Positions 1 through 9,705 of a DNA stretch of 64,000 nucleotides are shown here, piece after piece. The notes under the pieces are model-generated. The model saw nothing but the letters and a program-made list of their open reading frames with translations, did not search any database and was not told the origin of the DNA. Origin of the DNA: an uncultured Acidobacteriota bacterium (GTDB taxonomy: Bacteria; Acidobacteriota; Thermoanaerobaculia; UBA5066; Gp7-AA6); assembly GCA_963723535.1 (NCBI GenBank), contig CAVRRE010000001.1, positions 20,765-84,764 of the forward strand, in the 5' to 3' direction. The translations under genes were made by a program, and so were the position numbers. Position 1 is the stretch's first letter; every line of letters begins with the position of its first letter.

Positions 1-800
<800 letters not shown>

Positions 801-806
801 GAGGCG

Positions 807-1393
807 TCAGGCCTCGATCAGGATGGCGCGGACGGGTGAGGCGTCGAGGTCCCGGAAGCGCAGGGGCAGGGCCACGAGCTCGTAGTCCCCGTCGGGTACG
901 ACTGCGAGGTCGAGGTCCTCGAGCAGCGCCACGCCGCGCGAGAGGAGCGCCCGGTGCGCCGGCAGATCCTCCGCGTCTTCCGGGTCGATCGAGGCGCCGT
1001 CGGTGCCGACGAGCATCGCGCCGGCCTCGGCGAGGCGGATCGCCGCCAGCGGCGAAAGGAAGGCCGGGCGCCGCTTCGGAAGAGGACACGCTGCGCGCGC
1101 AGGCTCTTCGGCGGCAGGGCGTCGGGCCCGACCTCGCCGATTCCCGGAAGCGCCACGACCCGCGCCGGCCCGAGGTAGGCCGCGAGCGGAGCCTCCGCGA
1201 TGGCCTTCCCGTCCTCGAAGAGATGGCTGGGCGCGTCCGCGTGCGTGCCGAGATGCGCGCTCATCGTGAAGCACGTCGAGCCCCAGGGAGCCCCTACGCC
1301 CAGACGAGCCGTCTCCCGCCAGGAGAACCCCACGTCCCCGGGCCACGCCGGCGTCTCCTCCGAGATCGTGCGCGAGATGTCGTAGATCTTCAC
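807..1393 (-). CDS. kynB: Cyclase family protein (kynurenine formamidase-like), one frameshift near 1080
   Basis: N-terminal half MKIYDISRTISEETPAWPGD...HLGTHADAPSH is in frame 818..1765. C-terminal half VGTDGASID...H..LL...LEDLDL..V.DGDYELVALPLR...DASPVRAIL is in frame 807..1436. The GTG start overlaps the upstream stop. Confidence 0.8.
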
Positions 1394-1845
1394 CGCATCC
1401 GCCGCACGGTCTTCTGCTCCGCGTAGCGCTCCGCAACGTGGGGATCGTAGCCCTTGTGGCGCGGATTCACCGGCACCTCGCGGTACTCGGCGTCGCACCG
1501 ATAGCAGATCGTCACGGGACGGATCCGCGAGGCGACGACCCAGTCCACGACGACCGAGACCAGCAGAACCGGCGTGAACCAGATCCAGCCGGCCTTCCAA
1601 CCCACGAGCAGCGCCACCGCCAGGGAGGCCGCCATGATCAGGCAGCCGAGCCGCTGGTCGAAATCCTTCTGGAGAAAGAACGCGCGGTTCTGGCAGTACG
1701 CGCAGATCTCGACGCCTTCGCCGCCGAGGACCCCGTCGAACGCCGCCTGGTACGCGCGGCCGCACTTCTCGCAGGCGAAGGCGCCCGATTCCCCGGCGTG
1801 CTCCTTCGCCGTCAGACAGGCCGGGCAGTAATAGCGAACCCGCAT
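1390..1845 (-). CDS. Hypothetical zinc-ribbon membrane protein
   Basis: Four CxxC pairs (CPAC, CEKC, CAYC, CYRC) flank two hydrophobic helices; ORF is operon-packed. Confidence 0.7.
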   Translation of the reverse strand: MRVRYYCPACLTAKEHAGESGAFACEKCGRAYQAAFDGVLGGEGVEICAYCQNRAFFLQKDFDQRLGCLIMAASLAVALLVGWKAGWIWFTPVLLVSVVVDWVVASRIRPVTICYRCDAEYREVPVNPRHKGYDPHVAERYAEQKTVRRMR

Positions 1846-1854
1846 CGACGCGTT

Positions 1855-2613
1855 CTAGGCCGGAAAGCCCGTGGCGACCGTCAGGTAGGAAGAGAGCAGC
1901 TCGCCGATCAGCACGAAGATGAGAGCCACGTACAGGAGGCCGGTGGCCGCCTGATTCGACTTGAGCTCGGCCGTCCGCCAGATGAAGTACGAGAGCGCGA
2001 GCGGGCCCGCAATGCCCCAGAGGACCCGGAACAGAAAGAACAGCGCGTCTCGTTCGAGGGACAGGAGAGTTTGCACGCCTTCGGTGTTGCGTTGCGCGGC
2101 CATCGCGACGGCGAGGTACACGGTCCGGAAGATCGCGAGGCCCGCAAACAGTGCCGCGCCGCGAGCCAGAAGCGCGAACGGAATCGACCGGGAAACAAGA
2201 TACCAGTGGCCGAGGTTCATGATCACGAGCACGGCGCCGAAGAAGAGCCCTCCGGCGAGCGCCCCGACCACGGTCCAGGCGTCCCCGGCCTCGCGGGGAG
2301 CTACGAGGGCGACGCGCCCCAGTGCCCAGAAGGAGCCGGCCGCTGCCGCCGCGAGAAGGGGCCGGGCCCGGCCGGCCTGGCCGGCGTGGGCGGCGAGCGT
2401 GTAGAGCACCAGTAGAGCCGTGCTGGCTGCGAGAACGGGAAGCGGCAGGCCCGGCGGCCGTACCAGCAAGGCGAGCCCCGCAAAGATCGCCGCGAGGCTC
2501 CCGTGGAGGGTAAAGAAGCCTCGCCCGAGGACACTCGGCGGAAAGAAGAGCAGCAGGAAAGCCGTGCCCGCGCAGGCTTCCAGCAGGAAGAGTCCCAGAC
2601 CCGACAGCGCCAT
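1855..2613 (-). CDS. Polytopic membrane protein (NLGHWYL motif), function unknown
   Basis: 252 aa with about 8 hydrophobic segments; the MNLGHWYL motif resembles a conserved uncharacterised family. Confidence 0.75.
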   Translation of the reverse strand: MALSGLGLFLLEACAGTAFLLLFFPPSVLGRGFFTLHGSLAAIFAGLALLVRPPGLPLPVLAASTALLVLYTLAAHAGQAGRARPLLAAAAAGSFWALGRVALVAPREAGDAWTVVGALAGGLFFGAVLVIMNLGHWYLVSRSIPFALLARGAALFAGLAIFRTVYLAVAMAAQRNTEGVQTLLSLERDALFFLFRVLWGIAGPLALSYFIWRTAELKSNQAATGLLYVALIFVLIGELLSSYLTVATGFPA

Positions 2614-2641
2614 GAGGCGCCGATTCTAACCGCTGAGCCGG

Positions 2642-3495
2642 CTACTCTTCGAACAGGTAGAAGAACGAACCGTCGTTCGTCGTGTTGTCGAGCTGGACCA
2701 CGTATGCGGAGATGTACCAGTCGGCTCGCTGGGCTTCGGCTTTGATCAGAAGCGTCGTCGTGGACGGCGGGATCGCCGCGTCATTGAAGATGTTGTTGAG
2801 CTGTGCGACTTCGTTGGCTTCGAGATCGTGGCCGATGACGCTGCTCAGAAAGAACTGCTTGAGCTGCACCCCGCTCGACCCGTCGTAGTACGTGATCCGC
2901 ACGTCGGTCGGCCGGCCCCCGCACGTCCCCTGGTTGACGATGCCGAGGTTGGCCCGCGTGTTGCCGTCGTTGCCGAGACGCGCCGTTCCGTCCCCCGCCA
3001 AGAGCGCCCGGAATCGCGTCCCGACCTCGCAGAAGCAACGGCCCTCGGTAGGCGAATCCCAGCGTCCCGCCGCCCGTCGCCGGGCTGTACGTCCTCGCGA
3101 CGGCGCCGGCCTCGACCCGGATGTCCAGCCCGTCGAACGTCACGAGCAGCGTCCCGAAGAGTCCCGAGCTCGGCGTCCGCGGGGCGGATCGCACCGGCAT
3201 TCTTGAACTCCTGGATGATGTCGTCGAAGAAGCGTACCTGCTTTGGCCCAAGCGACGGACTCACCGTCAAGGTCGCGATCTGGAACGACCCGTCCGCCGG
3301 TGAACGGTAGGAGAACTCCATCACTATCGGCGTCGTGATGGTTTCGTTGCCGTTGGTGAGCGTGATCGACGTTCGGTAGAAGGTCGCGCCCTGGATTTGC
3401 GTCACGACTGGGACGTTGCGGGTCTCGGCGGACTGGGCGACGGTCGAGAGAATGGCAGGAACGAGGGCAAGGAGGAGAACGGCACGCGGTCTCAT
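2642..3495 (-). CDS. Secreted hypothetical protein, frameshifted
   Basis: Signal peptide MRPRAVLLLALVPAILSTVAQS. Beta-rich coding-like segments are spread over frames 2845..3495, 2781..3251 and 2642..3001. Confidence 0.65.
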
Positions 3496-3507
3496 GGCAG
3501 GCTCCTT

Positions 3508-4143
3508 TCAGATCGAGCGGATGACCTCCGCGATCCGGTCGACGGAGCCTATCAAACCGTGGTCGCCGCCCGGTATCGAGACGAACCGCGAGCCCGGCGC
3601 CAGCCGACCCGACGCCTCCCACCGCTTCCAGGTTTCCTCGACGCCGGAGAAGGGGACACTCTCGTCCTCCTCGCCCATGATCGCGACGACCGTCTGAGGC
3701 GGCGGATCCCGGTCGACGCCGTTTCCGGCCATCTGGTCGAAGAACCGGCGGTGAATCTCGAGCTCCCTCCCCTGCCCGTGGTGGAAGAACCGGACCGGGT
3801 CGCCCGGCGCCAGCTTCTCGATCCAGCGCCGGCCGAAGCCAAGGGCGGGAGCCACCAGGACCAGCGGGGCCGCGAAGGCTCCCTCTCGGGCCGCCGCCAG
3901 GGCCACCAGAGCCCCCAGCGAGCTCCCGACGACGACCTGGGGCCGCTCCGCCACGGCGGCCCGAACCGCCTCGGAAACGATTGCCTCGAAATCCAGCTTT
4001 CCGAAGGAGGGCCGATTCAGGTCCGGCGCCGCCACCCGGTACCCCTCCGGCTCCAGCGCCTCCCGCAGGAGGGTGACCTTCCGCCCCGCCGGCGACGACG
4101 CGAAGCCGTGAAGATAGAGGACGGTCCGCATGCGGCGAACCAT
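3508..4143 (-). CDS. YqiA/YcfP-type alpha/beta hydrolase (esterase)
   Basis: YLHGFASSP, nucleophile motif GSSLG, and DH near the C-terminus. Confidence 0.85.
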   Translation of the reverse strand: MVRRMRTVLYLHGFASSPAGRKVTLLREALEPEGYRVAAPDLNRPSFGKLDFEAIVSEAVRAAVAERPQVVVGSSLGALVALAAAREGAFAAPLVLVAPALGFGRRWIEKLAPGDPVRFFHHGQGRELEIHRRFFDQMAGNGVDRDPPPQTVVAIMGEEDESVPFSGVEETWKRWEASGRLAPGSRFVSIPGGDHGLIGSVDRIAEVIRSI

Positions 4144-4160
4144 ACCCCCGCGAGGCAGGA

Positions 4161-4274
4161 TCAGAACATGAACGGCAGGATGCGGTCCTTAGGGTGGATG
4201 CGATCGGGATGTGGCGGGGGCGCGTGGCGCCGCTCTCTGCTGAAGAGAGAGAGCAGCCAGCGCCAGAATCTCAT
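4161..4274 (-). CDS. Unannotated 37-aa peptide MRFWRWLLSLFSRERRHAPPPHPDRIHPKDRILPFMF
   Basis: ATG at 4274 overlaps the TGA of the upstream TPR gene (ATGA). The ORF fills the gap before the hydrolase gene almost exactly. Confidence 0.6.
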   Translation of the reverse strand: MRFWRWLLSLFSRERRHAPPPHPDRIHPKDRILPFMF

Positions 4275-5741
4275 AGCTTGCCGTCTTCGCGCATGAGCTG
4301 AAGTTGCTCACGAAGCTGACGAAGCGCCTCAGGGTTAGCCTGCTGACGTTCAATGGCCTCCCGAAGAATTGATATCGCTGCGACCGCCTCTTGAGTAAGC
4401 CAGTGACTCTCGATGATTGGCAGAGCCGCGAGAACCTCGGAGACCGCCTGCCGTGAGCGGCCGGCCAACAGTAACGTTTCCGCGATCACGACGCGCAAGT
4501 AGGCGGCCAGCCCGGCCATCCCCGCGGTTTCATATGACACCGCACTAGTCACATACGCGGCTATCGAGGCCTCGAGATCGCCGTGGTCGCGTAGCAACTC
4601 CCCGGCGGCTCGCCTGCGCGAGGGCCACACCGAATGCCGACCCCGACACTTGAGCAATTCGATAGGCTTCGTTAGCCAGCCGAAGGGCTTCAGTGAATTG
4701 TCCCTGGCACCCCAAGATCTGAGCACTGTTCGAAACCGCAAGGCTTGCCAGCCCCAGGACGTCCTCAGCGCCCGCTTGCGCTCGGACCTCACTGAAGACG
4801 CAGAGCGCTCCTTCAAATTGTCGGGTCTCCTTGAGTATTAGACCCTTGAGGTACCGCGCCTTAAGGGCGTTCTCTACCATGCCGAGCTGCTCGAACTTGA
4901 ATATCAACGGGTCGATGCGGTTCAACGCTGGAGAGTAAGAACCCTCCATGTATAAGTTGGTTATGTGTCGATGATCCAGGATGGCCAACAAAGGCTCGGA
5001 CCCGCGGCACTTCGCGATGTGGGAGTCAACTCGGTCGAACCACGTCGGCAGGTTTTCCCTGTGTTGCATCCCAAGCTTGGCACCCAAGGTCAAAAGAGCG
5101 GCACTAGCTGCTAAGTAATGGACGAGTTCGCTGTCGAGACCAGCGTCGATAGCCCTCGAGTCGATCCATTCGTAGAGCGCCTCACCCTCCTGCTCACCAT
5201 CCGCGGGACGCATGTTTCGGCGGTACTCGAGGCGATCATACGCAGTGAGCAGCACACACTCGTCGGTTAGGTACCTCTCGTTCAAGTCGCGAGACCGGTT
5301 GCGCGGAGGAATCGCCATGAAGTCTCGAACGTGCTCCTGCTCGAGCGTGTGCTGGGTGCACCGACGCTGCCACACTTGGGCTGCCAGGTAATCCCCAGCA
5401 AGCCGGCACTGGTTCCAGGCAAGGAACGCCAAGCGTGCAAGCATCCAGGCCTTCTCGCCGAACTCATCGACCAAGCTGATCGTCGACACGAATTCGTAAA
5501 CATGACCAATATCGGCAAGGTACTCTCGAGACTCCGTATTCCGACCGCGGTCCAGCAGCTCAATAGCAGCATGGAGAACGTCTTCAGTGTCGTTGCCCAA
5601 TTCACCAGCAGGGTCTCTCCGCATCGACGTTCTGAGCCGTTCGACCAGATCAGCGGCCCGGCGGAAGAACTCCTCCTTGGACGGGCCGCTCGGGAGTCCG
5701 AGCTCTTCCGCATTCTCGAGCCAAGCACGGATTGCAGGCAC
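4271..5741 (-). CDS. TPR-like alpha-helical repeat protein (module 1), frameshift near 4610
   Basis: ORF 4545..5741 continues as AAGELLRDHGDLEASIAAY...EDGKL in ORF 4271..4816. TPR-like helices (ALKARYLKGLILKETRQFEGALCVF). C-terminus is clearly paralogous to 6238..6471. Confidence 0.75.
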
Positions 5742-5745
5742 GAAA

Positions 5746-6055
5746 TCAGAGGTCCGGAGAATCGTCGGCCTCCTTTCCGAGCATCTTCTCGGTCGGGCCT
5801 CCGAGCCCCCATCTCTCCGCGAGATTGGATCTCCGGATCGCCCGCCGTCGGTAGTTAATGGATAGGTGGTCCACGACCTGTATCAGCCAGGCCTTCGGGT
5901 TTCCGCTAGCCTTGAGTTTGGTCAGAGCCAGGACAAACGCGTCCTGGACGATGTCTCTCGCGTCTTCTAGTAACAGCCGATGCTTCCAGGTGGCGCGCCG
6001 CACCAGAGGCAGGTAGATCTCGGCGGTAAAAGGCCTCCAGGTCGCTGTCGGACAT
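5746..6055 (-). CDS. Small sigma-70 region-2-like protein (no region 4), frameshift near 6023
   Basis: Reconstructed MSDSDLEAFYREIYLPLVRRATWKHRLLLEDARDIVQDAFVLALTKLKASGNPKAWLIQVVDHLSINYRRR matches the ECF sigma region 2 pattern (DA.DIVQDAF...AWL......N..R). Alternative start at 6118. Confidence 0.65.
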
Positions 6056-6194
6056 CGGGCCGCGCGTCACGTCGCCAGTACCGCTGGCGGAAACGCCCCG
6101 CCTGACCCGTGTCGGCATCCCAATCCCCCTTTCTGGGGATTCAGGAGCGAGCCCTTACTTACATATTGTCACGAGCAACAGCCATAAAACAGGA

Positions 6195-6214
6195 CGACCC
6201 CCTTTCGGGGGTCG
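6195..6214 (-). terminator. Putative terminator hairpin with GAAA tetraloop downstream of the module 2 TPR gene
   Basis: Minus strand CGACCCCC-GAAA-GGGGGTCG (8 bp perfect stem) followed by TCCTGTTTT. Confidence 0.5.
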
Positions 6215-6237
6215 CAGCTGTCGAAGCGAGCGAGTGA

Positions 6238-7353
6238 CTAGCTGGCCGTTTGGAGGTACTGGCGGAGCTCAGAGAGCGCCTTGGGGTCGGTCTTCCGCTG
6301 CCTAACCGATTCCTGGAGAAGCACAACTGCGGCAAAGCCTTCAGGAACCATCTGCTGTTCGTTGATCGTAGGAAGTGCTGCCAGAAGCTCCCACTCAGCT
6401 TCACGAGGGCGCCCGGCTTCCAGTAGCGCTTCGGAAAGGACGACTCGCATGTAAGCCGCCCGCGTCTGCATCCCTAGGCTAACGAGGTCGCCAACAGACT
6501 CGCGATAGGCATCGATGGCGGCGCTACTGGCCCAGTTGGTGCAACATTTCGGCGACCAACCCCTTGAGATCCGCGAGCATTGAGTATCGCTGAGCAGCTC
6601 TCGAGCAACGGCTGGGCGGCCCTGTATGCGGCTAGAGCCTGCTCCTGGTCTCCCTCCTGCGAACGGATGTTACCGAGAGTCAACATAGCCATTCCGCGAA
6701 GGGAAGTCTCTGAAGCGAACTCCGGACCGGACAACATGCTCTGAAGGCGGGCAGCCGCCTCACCGGTCCGACCCAGCTCCTTCAGACTCATCGCTTGCAG
6801 AAGGTGGCACTTCCCCAACTCAGCGTACAACCCGAGCTTTTCGAACGTGAGAGCGACCGACGGAAGAAGCTCAAGGACATCGTTGTATCGGCCCATGTCG
6901 TAGCGAAGGCTCAGGCGAGCATACGCAACTCTGGCGAGGCTAGGCGTCGGGTTTATGGTGTGGCGGAAGCTCGCATCGGCTCTGTCGAGCCACAAATCTG
7001 TCTCGGCATTCTGACCGAGAAGTCGGCATGCGCTGCCGGCGAGAAGTGCGCTCTCGCCCAAGAAAAAGTCACGCTCGTCGAAGTATCCCAGGCTCTGCCC
7101 CTGACCGCTCACCCAAGCAAAGATTCGTCCCGCCTCAGAAAGAACGTCGGAGGGGTTCGAATTGACGCGCTCCCGGAGAAGGCCGCAGATCGCAAGGAGG
7201 ACGTCGAGATCACGATAGGAGCCTTCAGCATCGAGACCTCTGCCGTTCCTCTAAAGCTTAGCGAGGTAGCTCTTCGCGGCGAGCGACGCGTCCCCCGGGG
7301 ACCTCCTGCGAGGCCCGAACCGGGAAACGGAGGATACGGGCTTGCTCAGGCAT
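6238..7353 (-). pseudogene. TPR-like protein (module 2), paralog of 4271..5741; about 3 frameshifts and one in-frame TAG (pseudogene or assembly errors)
   Basis: Starts MPEQARILRFPV at 7353 and has TAG at 7251-7253. It continues into ORF 6474..7112, then ...DAYRESVGDLVSLGMQTRAAYMRVVLSEALLEAGRPREAEWELLAALPTINEQQMVPEGF. Confidence 0.55.
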
Positions 7354-7771
7354 CGACCTTCGGAACTCGTAAAGCTGAAGGCTGCGAGAAAAGTCGTGCG
7401 CGACGTCAGAAGGTTCCCGCTTGAGGATGCTCTCGAGCTTTGCATCGGCTGACCTCACGCCGCTATCCACGACGTAGCGCTGATACTCCCGCGCGAACTG
7501 ACAGCACGCGACAAGAAGAAAGGGACGGTTGTCTCTCGGCGAGGCGCCCGGCCGATAGCAGAAGCGGCGGAACCAAACGAAGAGATCCTTCTCGAGCTCC
7601 GTCGCTTCCTGCTCGGACATGCAGTAGTGCGAAACGAGAGCGATGTGGATGAGTCCCAAGCGTCTCTTGAAAGACGGACTCGATTTCATTTTCGAAGAGC
7701 GATTCCGCAGATTGTGCGGGCGAGTCGTCAGGTATTTCCATCTGCTGCTCCTCGAAAGTTGCAGCAATCAT
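7350..7771 (-). CDS. Small degenerate sigma region-2-like protein (module 2), frameshifted
   Basis: Joining frames 7463..7771 and 7258..7767 gives ...LGLIHIALVSHYCMSEQEATELEKDLFVWFRRF...FLLVACCQFAREYQR. It has the same position and helix pattern as 5746..6055. Confidence 0.45.
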
Positions 7772-8078
7772 AGTACTTTGTGCAGATAAAGCAATAGCCT
7801 CCTGCCCAATCGGGCAGCAGGCAACAAAGCATTACTGCTCAGCCAGTTAGATGGTGTTAGGCTGGAACGCCCAGCTCTGAGGTTAGTCAAGGTACCCACC
7901 TTTCGCCAAAAGCCCGGGCCCAATGCCCAGGCGAAAAACCTGAACCAATGGCCAGCGTGGTGACGAAGAAAAAGCCCTGCAAAATGCCAGGCTTCGCCCC
8001 TTACGCCAGCTCCAATCTCAGGATTCCCACCTTCTGGTACAGGCCGCCGCGCGGCCTGAATAAACGAATCACGTGTAT

Positions 8079-8115
8079 TTCATCACAATCAGAATCAGAG
8101 GGTGTCAAGTTTTTT
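8079..8115 (-). promoter_or_regulatory. Putative sigma70 promoter of the island
   Basis: Perfect TTGACA (8103-8108) preceded by an A-tract (UP-like); the -10 element is weak (TGATGA/GATGAA). Confidence 0.4.
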
Positions 8116-8168
8116 TGGCACCCCCCGGCCGGGAGGCGCCTGAAGGGGCCGGGAGGCCCCTACCGGCC

Positions 8169-9691
8169 CTATCCGCGCTGGAGGAGGACCCGGATCAGGC
8201 GGTCCTGGTAGGCGTGGCCGCGGCTTTCGGTGACGCGGGGGCCGTTCAGGAGGATCGCGAAGGCGTAGGTCTTGCCGGAAGGGGCCTGGGCGTAGCCGGC
8301 GAGGGTGGAAACACCGTTCAGGGTGCCCGTCTTGGCCGAAACGAGCCCGCGGCTCCGGCTGTCGTTCAGGCGGTGCCGGAGGGACCCTTCCGACTCCCCC
8401 GACACGGCCAGCGTGGACCGCCAGAGGGCCCCCTGGGGGTGGCGGTTCATCGCCCGCAGGAACTGGACGAGATCCGTGGCGGACACGCGGTTGCCCGAGG
8501 AGAGGCCGGAACCGTCGCGGAGCTCGAATCGCGCGGCCTCGAGCCCGAGCCCGCCCAGGAACTGACTCGCGAGGCTCAGCGCGCTGTCCCAGGTCCCCCG
8601 GCCCGACTTCTCGTACGCCAGCGTCTTGAAGATCTGTTCCGCGTAGAAGCTCTGGCTGCGCTTGTTCGCGATCGAGAGCGTGGGAATGATGTCCGACTCG
8701 GTCGACGCAACGAGGATCCACGCGTTGTCCGCTGGCGCCGGCCGTTCGACGACACTGCCGGTGAGCTCGATGCCGGCCGCCTTCAGGCGGCTCTTGAGCG
8801 CCGCGCCGAAAAACTTCGGCGGGTCGTCGATCGAGAGTGGGGTCGCCCAGCGGAAATAACGGTTCGGCACGGTGCCGGAGACCGTGACGAGGTCGGAACC
8901 GCTCGGACGCGACACGGCGACGCGGATCTTGCCCGTCTTGCCGACCGTGCGCGCGCGGCTGAGGCTCTGGACGATGTCGGTGTCGGGGTCGATCGTCACG
9001 TTCGCGGGAGAGCCGGGCAGCGCGCCGCGTCCGACCGAGACGACCACGACATTGTCGTTGTAGGAGAGGGCCGAAATCAGGGGCCTGGTACCAGTGCGAA
9101 TCGCGGCTCGGCGGCCAGTCGGGATGGCGGTATTCCTCGTCGAACGAGCTCGCGTTCAGGATCAAGATCGCCGGTCACCCGCAGAATCCCGGCCTGCCGC
9201 AGGCCGGCGGCCCACTTGTCGAAAATCGCGAAGACGTCGTCGTCGTAGAAGCGCCCGGAGATGTTCGGGTCCCCTCCCCCGACGACCAGGAGCGAGCCCA
9301 GGAGGTTGCCGTCGCGGATCTCGCCCCGGCGCCAGAACGTCGTGCGGAACTTGTAGGAGGGCCCCAGATAGTGGAGCGCGGCCGCCGTCGAGATCATCTT
9401 CGTGACCGAGGCGATCGTCTCGCGCGTCGAGGCGTCCTTCTCGAAGATGGTCTCGCCGGTCTCCAGATCGGCCACCGCGATCGACACGCCGCCCTTCCTG
9501 GCGGGCGGCCGCAGAGCGGCCTGCTCGAGCGCGGCCTTCAGCGAGGACGGCTGCGCGACGGTGGTCGTGTTCGTCGAGCGGCCGCGGGATTGGGTCGTCG
9601 AAGCCGCGAACAGGCCCGGCGGAGCGAGAAGGAAGGCGGCGAGAAGAGCCGCGACCGGGGTGTGCCAGCGAACGGCTCTCGTCACCCGCAA
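8169..9691 (-). CDS. dacB: D-alanyl-D-alanine carboxypeptidase/endopeptidase (PBP4), frameshift near 9080
   Basis: ASVTK (SxxK), LLVVGGGDPNI, SQSFYAEQ, DGSGLS and KTGTL motifs. Confidence 0.9.
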
Positions 9692-9705
9692 ATTATAATC
9701 GAGCG

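Noticed and set aside
6159-6185. Micro-ORF MAVARDNM as the peptide partner of TPR2
   Set aside because: Too short, no RBS or signal features, and it lies after a terminator-like hairpin.
7251-7253. In-frame TAG as evidence of stop-codon recoding or pyrrolysine
   Set aside because: Many genes here terminate normally at TAG (for example gdhA, lspA, lgt); no pyl genes were seen; it is a single instance.
7885-7905. GGTGGGTACC as a T-box element
   Set aside because: It deviates from the GGTGGNACC bulge spacing, has no specifier stem, and the downstream genes are not amino-acid related.
7948-8211. Plus-strand ORFs (87 aa at 7948 and 391 aa at 8073)
   Set aside because: They are antisense to dacB and the island leader, with no recognisable motif or RBS.
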